Positions 1-7,422 of a stretch of DNA of 20,840 nucleotides are shown piece after piece. The stretch is from a virus (Duplodnaviria > Heunggongvirae > Uroviricota > Caudoviricetes): IMG/VR virus record IMGVR_UViG_3300017938_000005. One strand, written 5' to 3'. The position numbers and the translations under genes are program-made. Under the pieces are notes generated by a model. That model saw only the letters and a list, made by a program, of their open reading frames with translations, was not told where the DNA came from and searched no databases. Within the stretch, counting starts at the first letter, position 1; every line of letters begins with the position of its first letter.

Positions 1-132
1 AACGTCACGACGGGGTACGAGGTGTGGACGGACGCGCAGCTCTCGAAACGCGCGCACGATCTCGCGTACGAGCTTCGCTTGGTCGACGAAGAGATGGTGC
101 GGCGCGCTGAGAAACTGGAAAAACGGGAGTGA
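1..132 (+). CDS. Hypothetical protein, 3' fragment (runs off left edge)
   Basis: Frame 1 is open from base 1 (NVTTGYEVW...KLEKRE) to TGA 130-132, which overlaps the next GTG (GTGA). Confidence 0.55.
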   Translation, partial: NVTTGYEVWTDAQLSKRAHDLAYELRLVDEEMVRRAEKLEKRE

Positions 133-344
133 GCGTGGAGGGCGAAAAGATGACGGTGGAAGATGACGGGTTCGAGGTGACCGTGAACGACCGTGATCCG
201 TCCAACGTGCAGCTCCGCGCGGGCTACCTCGCGAGCATGGCCATGAAGCTTCCACCCGGCGACGACCGTACGTTCTTGATGAAAGCCTCACGTTCGCTCC
301 GGGCGTACGCGGATTTGCTTCTCGAAGAGCGAAGCACACGCTAG
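129..344 (+). CDS. Hypothetical protein (71 aa)
   Basis: GTGA overlap with upstream ORF; GC-rich third codon positions; protein-like composition. Confidence 0.7.
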   Translation: MSVEGEKMTVEDDGFEVTVNDRDPSNVQLRAGYLASMAMKLPPGDDRTFLMKASRSLRAYADLLLEERSTR

Positions 345-356
345 ACGAAGGACGCC

Positions 357-998
357 GTGAGAGCCGCACGCATGCATCCGCCGCGCTCGACGGAGCCTGG
401 GACTCCGGGAGGCAGACACGCGCGCCGGTGTCGCGAGCTGGGCATCTGCTATCGCTGCGGCAAGCGTGCGGTGCCGAACACGTCGCTCTGCGCGGCGCAC
501 CGTAAAGAGGTGAACCAAAAAACGCTCAAGCGTTACGCTCGCGCCCGTCGGCTCAAGATCTGCTGGCGATGCGGCAGGCCTGCCAAAGTTTCCATGCTCT
601 GCGCGAAGCATCAGCGTGATCAGCGTAAGCAGCAGAAACGTGATCGCGACCGCCGGCGCGCCCGCAAGCCATGCAGGGTCTGCGGCAGACTCGGTCATGC
701 GTCTCCCGATCACAAGAAGCTTAGACTCTGCGTCGATTGCGGGGAGCCGGCGACCGCGAAGGTGAGTGGAGCGCGCGTGTGTGGCGCTCATCGCATGATA
801 CGGCGTGCCGTCGAGCGTGAGCGAGAAGCGATACAGCGCAAACAGGCCATCGCGAAAGGTTTCTGCGGTCGATGCAAAAGCCGACCGATCGCGCCGGACT
901 CCAGCTCGCGGTGCGTCCAGTGCCTCGCCTACAATCGCCAATACATGGCGAACATCTACGATCCACGTCGTCGTGCCGGCAAAGCTGAGGACGTGTAA
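357..998 (+). CDS. Basic Cys/His-rich protein with five tandem putative zinc-binding modules (213 aa)
   Basis: CYRCG..CAAH, CWRCG..CAKH, CRVCGRLGH..H, CVDCG..CGAH and CGRC..CVQC joined by Arg/Lys-rich helices; AAGGA upstream of the GTG. Confidence 0.8.
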   Translation: MRAARMHPPRSTEPGTPGGRHARRCRELGICYRCGKRAVPNTSLCAAHRKEVNQKTLKRYARARRLKICWRCGRPAKVSMLCAKHQRDQRKQQKRDRDRRRARKPCRVCGRLGHASPDHKKLRLCVDCGEPATAKVSGARVCGAHRMIRRAVEREREAIQRKQAIAKGFCGRCKSRPIAPDSSSRCVQCLAYNRQYMANIYDPRRRAGKAEDV

Positions 999-1027
999 GA
1001 TCGGACTTGGGTCCGGAAACGGATCCA

Positions 1028-1077
1028 GCGCGCCCGTGGTCGTGACTCCCCCCTTCACTCCTCGGGCGCGCCTTTTT
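1028..1077 (+). terminator. Putative intrinsic terminator
   Basis: GCGCGCCCG (1028-1036) pairs with CGGGCGCGC (1063-1071), inner GTGA/TCAC stem, then TTTTT (1073-1077); lies between convergent genes. Confidence 0.6.
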
Positions 1078-1081
1078 CAAA

Positions 1082-1393
1082 TCAGCGGATCACATCTTCG
1101 GGGACAGCGGCACCCTCGTCGACCGTTCCGCCGCGCGCCTTGCTGAATTTTCCGAGTTCGGCGGCGAGGAGCTTTTGGACGCGCGCGATCATCTCGTCGT
1201 CCAAGCGCGGCTCCGCGAAGAGCTGGTACTGCGACTCGGTCGCGCTCATCGGCTTGAGCGTGAGTCGGAGGCGCCCGCGCGTGAGCGAGAGCTTTTCTTC
1301 GATGCGCCGCGCGATGGCGTCAAGTGGGACTTGGAACGCACGTTTCTGTTTCTTCTGCTGCGCGTTTGCAGCGCGTCGTTCGTGTCGATTCAC
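1082..1393 (-). CDS. Hypothetical protein (103 aa)
   Basis: Start placed at the GTG of VNRHERRAA, 7 nt after a candidate -10 box; the ORF track extends it to 1429. Confidence 0.7.
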   Translation of the reverse strand: MNRHERRAANAQQKKQKRAFQVPLDAIARRIEEKLSLTRGRLRLTLKPMSATESQYQLFAEPRLDDEMIARVQKLLAAELGKFSKARGGTVDEGAAVPEDVIR

Positions 1394-1400
1394 GAAAAAG

Positions 1401-1429
1401 ACCATCCGACGAAAACGGACACAGCGCAA
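1401..1429 (-). promoter_or_regulatory. Candidate sigma70-type promoter, leaderless geometry
   Basis: TTGCGC-N17-GATGGT-N7-GTG(1393); weak -10. Confidence 0.35.
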
Positions 1430-1464
1430 GATCCGACAGGATCGCCTGGACGAGGTACGACCCT

Positions 1465-1493
1465 TTGACGTACATTGGGATCGCGGCTAGAAA
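1465..1493 (+). promoter_or_regulatory. Candidate sigma70-type promoter for the 1648-6866 operon
   Basis: TTGACG(1465-1470)-N17-TAGAAA(1488-1493). Confidence 0.45.
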
Positions 1494-1499
1494 CCTCCG

Positions 1500-1630
1500 C
1501 GGTCCGCAATGTGCACGATGCGTGCTGCGGAGGAGTCGCCAATCGCGCCTCGGCGTGATGGGCGCTCACGGGCGAGTCGTCTAATCCTCCCGGTGTCTCG
1601 GACTTCTCACGACACGCCGGGATTTTTTCT
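1500..1630 (+). ncRNA. Candidate structured leader/attenuator or small RNA ending in a terminator-like hairpin
   Basis: Helices CCGCA/TGCGG, GCACG/CGTGC, TCGCC/GGCGA, CGTGA/TCACG; hairpin 1588-1622 followed by TTTTTTCTT. Confidence 0.4.
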
Positions 1631-1647
1631 TCGCAAAGGTGAGAGCG

Positions 1648-2037
1648 ATGCGGATCATTCACGACGTCCACGGTCCGATGCAGGTCGGTGCGGGGCTCAC
1701 GCCGCTCGCGAGCCCGGACGGCAAGGCTAGGGCCGCCCGCGTCGAGATGCTCGCGTGCGTGGATCCGAATTTCGCGATCTCGTGGCGCGACAGGTTGGCG
1801 GACGACGAGGCGATCTACATCGAGGGTGACGCGGCGTCCGTCGTGCGGATGCTCGAGGACTGGATCGACTTCATCGAGATCGGCGCCCAGGATCTCGTCA
1901 GGGACGGCAAGCTCGATCCCGGGTGGAACGACTTCGACAAACGTTGGGGTCCCTACAGCAAGCACAAAAAGAAAACGAAGAAGGCGAAGACGAAGGCGAA
2001 GAAGACGATGGCAAAGAAGACGAAAGCGAAGAAGTGA
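1648..2037 (+). CDS. Hypothetical protein with Lys/Ala-rich histone-H1-like C-terminal tail (129 aa)
   Basis: AAAGGTGAG upstream of ATG 1648; tail KHKKKTKKAKTKAKKTMAKKTKAKK. Confidence 0.75.
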   Translation: MRIIHDVHGPMQVGAGLTPLASPDGKARAARVEMLACVDPNFAISWRDRLADDEAIYIEGDAASVVRMLEDWIDFIEIGAQDLVRDGKLDPGWNDFDKRWGPYSKHKKKTKKAKTKAKKTMAKKTKAKK

Positions 2038-2324
2038 AGACGCACGAAGAAATGCCTGCGCTCGCCAAAGAAGCGCACTTCCTCCTCGAAGGACGACCTC
2101 CCAAGCCGGAAATCACGTCCCTCATCGTTGCATGTGCCCTGCTCACGGCGGCGACGATGGACGCGAAGAAGCTTGGATGGTTAGACGGGCTCTGCCTCGT
2201 GATGGCGCTTGGTAATTTGGCGCTTTATCTTTATCGCTGGTGGCGTGATCGGGTTTGGACGCGGCGCAGGAACGCCTACGTGAAGCGCATCCACGAGATG
2301 CAAGAAGGAGCCGTCGATGGTTGA
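2034..2324 (+). CDS. Small membrane protein, two predicted TM helices (96 aa)
   Basis: GTGA overlap; hydrophobic ITSLIVACALLTAA and LDGLCLVMALGNLALYLY followed by a basic stretch. The ORF-track extension to 1923 is the shifted frame of the upstream Lys-rich tail. Confidence 0.75.
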   Translation: MKTHEEMPALAKEAHFLLEGRPPKPEITSLIVACALLTAATMDAKKLGWLDGLCLVMALGNLALYLYRWWRDRVWTRRRNAYVKRIHEMQEGAVDG

Positions 2325-3504
2325 GGAGCAGAGGGTGGCAGAGACGGCGAAGATGTACGAGCCTTGCGTCGCGTGCAGCGTCGCGCGGGCGAAGGGCGAC
2401 TTCGAAGAGGCTGTCTCGTGCCGCTCGTGCAAGGGCACGGGCATCCTGCGCACGCGCGAGAGCTGGGTCTGCAACGCGTGCGGCGGGTGCCTTTGCCCCG
2501 GCGATTCAGCCGACCATGAGAGCCCGCACGGGCTCGTCGAGGCCAAGGTCTCGGGCGGTTACAGCTCGCCGGCGCTCTCGGACTGCACGAACTATGCGTT
2601 CTCGATCTGCGAGGCGTGCCTCCGGAAAATCTTCGACGGATTCGCGGTGAAACCGAAGATCAGCGACTACATGATCGGCGTGGCGGGTGGCGACGACGTC
2701 GCGACGGACGAGCAGTACGAAGAGGAAGCGGCGGCGCGGAAGAAAGCGGACGAGGAGAATGAGGCGAGCAAGGCGGAGTTCTTCAAGCTCTACGGCGAGG
2801 CCCGCTGCGCGGACCACGACAAGGACCCCGCGAGTAAGAACGGCAACGCTCTGAAGGAATATTGCATGCGTGAGGGTGCGGGGCGCCTCCTCTACGAGAA
2901 CAGCGACTGGCCCTACAGCAAGCGCTGGCTCTGCTCGCGCCATCTCCGCGACGCGTTCGTCAGCCGGGGGACGACGATCGAGATCCCGGGACGCGAGCCC
3001 CTCACGTGGGCCGCGCGATCGAAGAGGGGCCTCGAGCTGCTCGCCGAATTCCGCGGAGGCAATAGCCCCGTCGTCTCGTCCGAGGAAGACGCTGCCATCG
3101 CGATCTCGACGCTCTTCCCGCTCCTCATGTCGAAGAAACACGGTGGTCATGCCGCTCGTGAGCTTGCACGAATCTCGCTCGCACGGCCTCAGCCCGCAAA
3201 AAGTTGGGCGTCCCATCGCATCCCGCTGAGCTTTCGCCCCGGTCATGATGAAATCGCTCGCCTCGTGAACGATTGGCTTACATGGGGCAAGCAGCAAGAA
3301 TACGACAACGCCGTCGCGACGGCGTTTCTCCGATATGACGCGCGAACGATCTGGGACGACGGTGACGACGCGCGAAACATGCCTGTCGACGGCATGACCG
3401 ACGAAGAAGCCGAAGCGGCCCAGGCCAAAGACGAAGCCGATCGGGAGGCGCTTTTCGCGATGATGGCCGAACGGGACGCGCGAAAAGGGGAGTGGGAGGA
3501 GTGA
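2317..3504 (+). CDS. Multi-zinc-motif hypothetical protein (395 aa)
   Basis: AAGGAG SD; CVAC, DnaJ-like CRSCKGTG, CNACGG, GGYSS..D..Y.F.ICEAC, acidic linker and acidic C-terminus. Confidence 0.85.
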   Translation: MVEEQRVAETAKMYEPCVACSVARAKGDFEEAVSCRSCKGTGILRTRESWVCNACGGCLCPGDSADHESPHGLVEAKVSGGYSSPALSDCTNYAFSICEACLRKIFDGFAVKPKISDYMIGVAGGDDVATDEQYEEEAAARKKADEENEASKAEFFKLYGEARCADHDKDPASKNGNALKEYCMREGAGRLLYENSDWPYSKRWLCSRHLRDAFVSRGTTIEIPGREPLTWAARSKRGLELLAEFRGGNSPVVSSEEDAAIAISTLFPLLMSKKHGGHAARELARISLARPQPAKSWASHRIPLSFRPGHDEIARLVNDWLTWGKQQEYDNAVATAFLRYDARTIWDDGDDARNMPVDGMTDEEAEAAQAKDEADREALFAMMAERDARKGEWEE

Positions 3505-3797
3505 ATTTCAACGATCGCATCCACGTCGAAACCCGTTCGAACGGGATGCTTCGTTGCGAGGCCGCGCGGCGCGAGGGCGGCCCGTGCGGCAAGCAGCTCG
3601 AATATGATCTCGCGCGCCGCGGCAACGAGGTTCTCGAGTCCGACGGACGCATGGTTGCGAGGGATGTCGAGTACATCACGAGGACGATCGCTGCGAACGC
3701 CGCGGTCGGTGGCTGGTCGATGATCGAAGATGAGCGCGGCTTCTACATCGTGTGCCCATCCTGTCATCGTCGTGAGCGATGGGTGAAAAAAGAATGA
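3501..3797 (+). CDS. Hypothetical protein with split Cys zinc motif (98 aa)
   Basis: GTGA overlap upstream, ATGA overlap downstream; C..C plus CPSCH. Confidence 0.75.
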   Translation: MNFNDRIHVETRSNGMLRCEAARREGGPCGKQLEYDLARRGNEVLESDGRMVARDVEYITRTIAANAAVGGWSMIEDERGFYIVCPSCHRRERWVKKE

Positions 3798-5533
3798 AAA
3801 AGCTCCACATCTCCACGGCCCTGTCGCTCCCACTCGAGGCGATCACGGAGACCATCGCGATTCTCGGCATCCGCGGTTCGGGCAAAACGAACACGTGTGT
3901 CGTCCTCACCGAGGAGCTGCTCGACGCCGGGCAGCAGGTCGTCATCATCGACCCAACCGACGTCTGGTGGGGGCTCAAGTCATCGAAGAACGGCAAGGAG
4001 GCCGGTTACCCCGTCATCGTCTTCGGCGGCAGGCACGGCGACGTCCCGCTCACGGCGGCCGATGGTGCGACGGTCGCGGACTTCATCGTCGAGGAGCGCC
4101 TGCCGGCGATCCTGTCGCTCCGGCACTTCGAGTCGCAGGGCGACATGCGTCGCTTCGTGACGGATTTCGCGCGGAGGCTCTACCACAGGAAGGGCGAGGA
4201 GGGCCGCGACACGCCGATGCTGCTCGCCATCGACGAGGGACATCTTTTCGTCCCGCAGCGGGTGACCGGGGCGGAAGCGCAGATGGTCGGCGCGATCCAG
4301 AAACTTGTTCGCCAAGGACGGACGAGCGGCATCGGGGTCGCCGTCATCGACCAGCGCGCGGCGTCGGTCAACAAAGATATTTTGACACAACTCGAGCTTC
4401 TCATCTGCCACCGCACAAGCTCGCCGCAAGATCGCAAAGCGCTCGAAGGGTGGATCGAGCAGCACGACACGGCCGACCAGAAAGAGACGTTCTTGGCGCG
4501 CTTACCGGAACTCGCCCGCGGCGTCGCGTGGTGCTGGTCGCCCGGTTGGCTCGACATCTTCAAAGAGGTGCCCGTCCGCGAGCGCCGGACCTTCGACTCG
4601 TCGGCGACGCCGAAGGCCGGCGAGAAGCGCGTGACTCCCACGACGCTCGCGCACGTGGACCTCGACGCGCTCAAAAAGAAGATGGCGGACGCGATCGAGA
4701 AGGCGAGCGCCGAGGATCCGAAGGTGCTTCGCACGCGGATCGCGCAGCTCGAGCGGCAGCTCGCGAGCCGCGTCGCCGAGGTGAAGCTCGCGCCGCCGCC
4801 CGAGAAGCCGCTCCTCAGTCGCACCGAGGCAGAATGGGCAAAAGAGCAACTCGAGACGCTCGAGAAAATGCGAATCGAGGTCTTCAACAGCGCCGAGGAG
4901 ATCCACAACAAGATCCTCGAGACCAACACCTACCTGCTCAAGGCGCTCAAGCGTTGGCTCGAGGGCGGCCCGACGTCCGCTCAAATGGAGCACGCGAACG
5001 GCGCCGCGAAGAAGAAGTTCGCCAAGGAGTATGAAGTCGTTTATCCGGTGAAACCGGCGAAGGCTGAATCTTCGATCGCCGGGATGAGCCCGATCGAGAA
5101 GAAGATCCTCTGCACCCTCGCCGCGGGTGGTGCGATGAACCGGAAGAAGCTTGCGATCTGGACCGGTTACTCGCACACGAGCGGATCATTCGGTCAAGCG
5201 CTTGCGGATCTGCGGGCGGCGGGAGACATCGTCGGGTCGTCCAAGGAGTTTGCGATCACGACCGAAGGACATGCGAAGGTCGCCGGCTACGTCGAGAAGC
5301 TCCCGAAGGGAGAAGCGCTCCTCGAGTGGTGGATCGGTAAGCGCCCGGCCAGCGACGGGCTCGTCCTGCGCGCTCTCTGGCGCGCCGGCCCGATGTCGCG
5401 CGAGGACATCGCCTCGGCGATCAAACGTTCGAACACGTCGGGGTCGTACGGGCAGACGCTCGCGGATCTCCGCGCGCTCGGACTCATCGACGGGTCTGCG
5501 AAGGCCTACAGCCTTTCGCCCGAACTTCAGTAA
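3794..5533 (+). CDS. HerA/FtsK-superfamily (DUF87-like) P-loop ATPase with central coiled coil and two C-terminal winged-helix repeats (579 aa)
   Basis: Walker A GIRGSGKT, VIIDP strand, Walker B LLAIDEGH, RQGRTSG arginine-finger region, DQR motif; ATGA overlap sets start at 3794. Confidence 0.9.
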   Translation: MKKLHISTALSLPLEAITETIAILGIRGSGKTNTCVVLTEELLDAGQQVVIIDPTDVWWGLKSSKNGKEAGYPVIVFGGRHGDVPLTAADGATVADFIVEERLPAILSLRHFESQGDMRRFVTDFARRLYHRKGEEGRDTPMLLAIDEGHLFVPQRVTGAEAQMVGAIQKLVRQGRTSGIGVAVIDQRAASVNKDILTQLELLICHRTSSPQDRKALEGWIEQHDTADQKETFLARLPELARGVAWCWSPGWLDIFKEVPVRERRTFDSSATPKAGEKRVTPTTLAHVDLDALKKKMADAIEKASAEDPKVLRTRIAQLERQLASRVAEVKLAPPPEKPLLSRTEAEWAKEQLETLEKMRIEVFNSAEEIHNKILETNTYLLKALKRWLEGGPTSAQMEHANGAAKKKFAKEYEVVYPVKPAKAESSIAGMSPIEKKILCTLAAGGAMNRKKLAIWTGYSHTSGSFGQALADLRAAGDIVGSSKEFAITTEGHAKVAGYVEKLPKGEALLEWWIGKRPASDGLVLRALWRAGPMSREDIASAIKRSNTSGSYGQTLADLRALGLIDGSAKAYSLSPELQ

Positions 5534-5560
5534 AATGAAAGCGATGAAACGAGATTGACC

Positions 5561-5761
5561 ATGATTCGAATTCGGCCCTTCGACGTCGGTGTCTTTTCGG
5601 GCGAACAGATCGGTGAGCCCGGTAAGTGGCTCGTCGCCCTCGGTCGCGATGCAGTCGGTGGCGTCGTCATCGCGGAAGCGGACAGCGCACAAGAGGCGAC
5701 ACGCTTCCTTCACGACTTCGTCGCGGCGATCAAAGCCTCCCGCGCGAAGGGGGCCTCATGA
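5561..5761 (+). CDS. Hypothetical protein (66 aa)
   Basis: ATG 5561 (TTG 5555 alternative); ATGA overlap with next gene. Confidence 0.7.
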   Translation: MIRIRPFDVGVFSGEQIGEPGKWLVALGRDAVGGVVIAEADSAQEATRFLHDFVAAIKASRAKGAS

Positions 5762-6072
5762 TCGAAGATGGGAAAATGAAGCCCATGATCGAAGACGTGA
5801 AAGTGTTTGACGGCCGCGTCGAAGGGTTTGATAAGGACAAGCCCTTCTACATCGTGCGTTTTGGGGACGACGAGCATGCTCATCAGGCACGTGTTCTCAC
5901 TGCGTGGCTCGTGGATTCGTCCACGCCTGCGGTGTGCGCGACGATGGCCGGGGACGGCAAGCGCCACGTCTTCCGCAATGTGAACAGCACGGAAACGTCG
6001 TGTGGCGAAAACCTCACGCATGCCGAAGTGCCCGATGGACCCCTCTGTCCGAAGTGCTTCATCACCAGCTAA
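5758..6072 (+). CDS. Hypothetical protein with C-terminal H/C..CxxC zinc motif (104 aa)
   Basis: ATGA overlap; RHVF..SCG..LCPKC. Confidence 0.75.
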   Translation: MIEDGKMKPMIEDVKVFDGRVEGFDKDKPFYIVRFGDDEHAHQARVLTAWLVDSSTPAVCATMAGDGKRHVFRNVNSTETSCGENLTHAEVPDGPLCPKCFITS

Positions 6073-6102
6073 GGAAGCCGCGATGGAATTCAAAGAACAG
6101 GC

Positions 6103-6513
6103 GTGACCATGACCGACGAAAAAGCGGGTCACGTGCCATTGATTGCTGAGAAGATCGCGCGAGCGCTTGACACGGACAAATTCGATCCCGAACTAAGCGC
6201 GGAGTTGAGCCGAATTATCGGTAAGCCTCCCACGAAAGAAGAATTGGAAAGAGTGCTGCTTGGGGCGAAAGATATGTCATTGACCGACGAGGAGTGGTGC
6301 AAGCTCGAACGCGTTCCTCGGAATCTCCTCGAGCGCGCGAGGGCTTGGCAAGACAAGACGTTCCACGCGAGCGGTCACGAGTTCGATGGCCGCGCGCTCG
6401 CGCTCGCGTTCCGCGACGTCCGAGATGACGCTCTCGAAGAGGCCGCGGTCACGAGCGAGCGCGGCGATGATTCCGCGGAACGCATCCGCAAGCTCAAGTC
6501 TAAGCAGCCGTGA
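6103..6513 (+). CDS. Phage-type hypothetical protein (136 aa)
   Basis: C-terminal RDDALEEAA..AERIRKLK pattern typical of phage ORFans; ATG 6109 is an alternative start. Confidence 0.75.
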   Translation: MTMTDEKAGHVPLIAEKIARALDTDKFDPELSAELSRIIGKPPTKEELERVLLGAKDMSLTDEEWCKLERVPRNLLERARAWQDKTFHASGHEFDGRALALAFRDVRDDALEEAAVTSERGDDSAERIRKLKSKQP

Positions 6514-6516
6514 GCG

Positions 6517-6669
6517 ATGACGAAGCGGCTCTGTCCGGGATGCAGTAATCGGCCTCGCAAGAAAGGCGAGCGCTATTGCACGAAATGCATGCAGCTTCCG
6601 CTTCCATTTCAAAGCGGGTTGAGGCAAAAACCCAGACGTATGAAGAAGGTGAAGAAGACGCCGCCGTGA
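6517..6669 (+). CDS. Small basic zinc-finger protein (50 aa; not in the ORF track)
   Basis: MTKRLCPGCSNRPRKKGERYCTKCMQLPLPFQSGLRQKPRRMKKVKKTPP; starts 3 nt after the upstream stop and its TGA overlaps the next GTG. Confidence 0.65.
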   Translation: MTKRLCPGCSNRPRKKGERYCTKCMQLPLPFQSGLRQKPRRMKKVKKTPP

Positions 6670-6866
6670 AGGACGATCGCTCTCCAGGATGCCCGCTCCG
6701 CGTCGAGCGGCCCGTGGCACTTTCTTTCGAAGAATTCGATCAGGCTCTTCGCGACCTCGTGGGTCTTGGAGAGCTTCACTCGGCCGTCGTCACCACCGGC
6801 GGCCAGAGCGCGATCGTGAGGAAGTGGGTCGCCCATAGCCCGAGCGTGGCCGCGGCGAGTCGCTAG
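6666..6866 (+). CDS. Hypothetical protein (66 aa)
   Basis: GTGA overlap with the 50-aa ORF; last gene before the strand switch. Confidence 0.55.
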   Translation: MKDDRSPGCPLRVERPVALSFEEFDQALRDLVGLGELHSAVVTTGGQSAIVRKWVAHSPSVAAASR

Positions 6867-6871
6867 GTCGT

Positions 6872-7111
6872 TTAGGACCCGAAGCACTCGTCGATCGTCT
6901 GGGCCACGGCGAGCTGCACGACGTCTTTCGGGGCGCCGTGATGGGCGGCGAGCTTGATGCCCGTCTTGAAGAGGATGGCCGAGATCGTGCCCGCGAAGGT
7001 CACTTCGTCCATACCTCGGCACTCGGCCTTCAGCTCCTCGACGAGCGCGGCAAAACGCTCGTCGGCCTCTTCGTGGAGGTGTTCGACGCTCTCGATCGTG
7101 GAATCACCCAT
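6872..7111 (-). CDS. Small helical hypothetical protein (79 aa)
   Basis: MGDSTIESVE...; ATG overlaps the end of the upstream paralog gene by 8 nt. Confidence 0.75.
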   Translation of the reverse strand: MGDSTIESVEHLHEEADERFAALVEELKAECRGMDEVTFAGTISAILFKTGIKLAAHHGAPKDVVQLAVAQTIDECFGS

Positions 7112-7409
7112 AGCGCGGCCATCCTGCGGGATCCAAATGCTGCTCGTACTCGGGGAAGCCCGAGGGATCCCAATCATGCTCGTACGAGGGCCAGCCAGGT
7201 CGGTCGAAGTTTGGGTAGTGGCCCACGAGGTGGCCGGGGGCACGTTTCGTCTCCGCCCACTTCACGGCCGCACCCGCGACGACGGCCCCGAGACCGAAGA
7301 ACCAATAGAGATCCGAGGACGGCTTCTTCGAAGAGGTTGCGCCGACCGCGAGGCCCACGAGACCGCCAATCCCGGCCGAGACGAGCAGCTCTTTGTCGAA
7401 AAAGGCCAT
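7104..7409 (-). CDS. Membrane protein, paralog B: two Gly-rich hydrophobic segments plus C-terminal D(P/R)xG(W/F)PxY repeats (101 aa)
   Basis: GGAG SD; N-terminal ~63 aa clearly homologous to 7423-7953. Confidence 0.85.
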   Translation of the reverse strand: MAFFDKELLVSAGIGGLVGLAVGATSSKKPSSDLYWFFGLGAVVAGAAVKWAETKRAPGHLVGHYPNFDRPGWPSYEHDWDPSGFPEYEQHLDPAGWPRYG

Positions 7410-7422
7410 GGCAAGGATCTCC

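Noticed and set aside
1520-1592. Word-level resemblance to the fluoride (crcB) riboswitch (GGAG-TCGCC...CTAAT..CTCC)
   Set aside because: Conserved GAUG and UGA nucleotides are missing and no fluoride-related gene follows; kept only as an unknown structured leader.
2034-2324. Holin call for the two-TM protein
   Set aside because: No endolysin or spanin nearby; topology alone is insufficient.
3794-5533. Sir2-HerA, NurA-HerA or conjugative VirB4/VirD4 assignment
   Set aside because: No Sir2, NurA, nuclease or T4SS genes are recognisable in the neighbourhood.
5757-5795. 12-bp direct repeat CATGATCGAAGA (MIED twice)
   Set aside because: Two copies only, in frame; most simply a small N-terminal duplication giving alternative starts.
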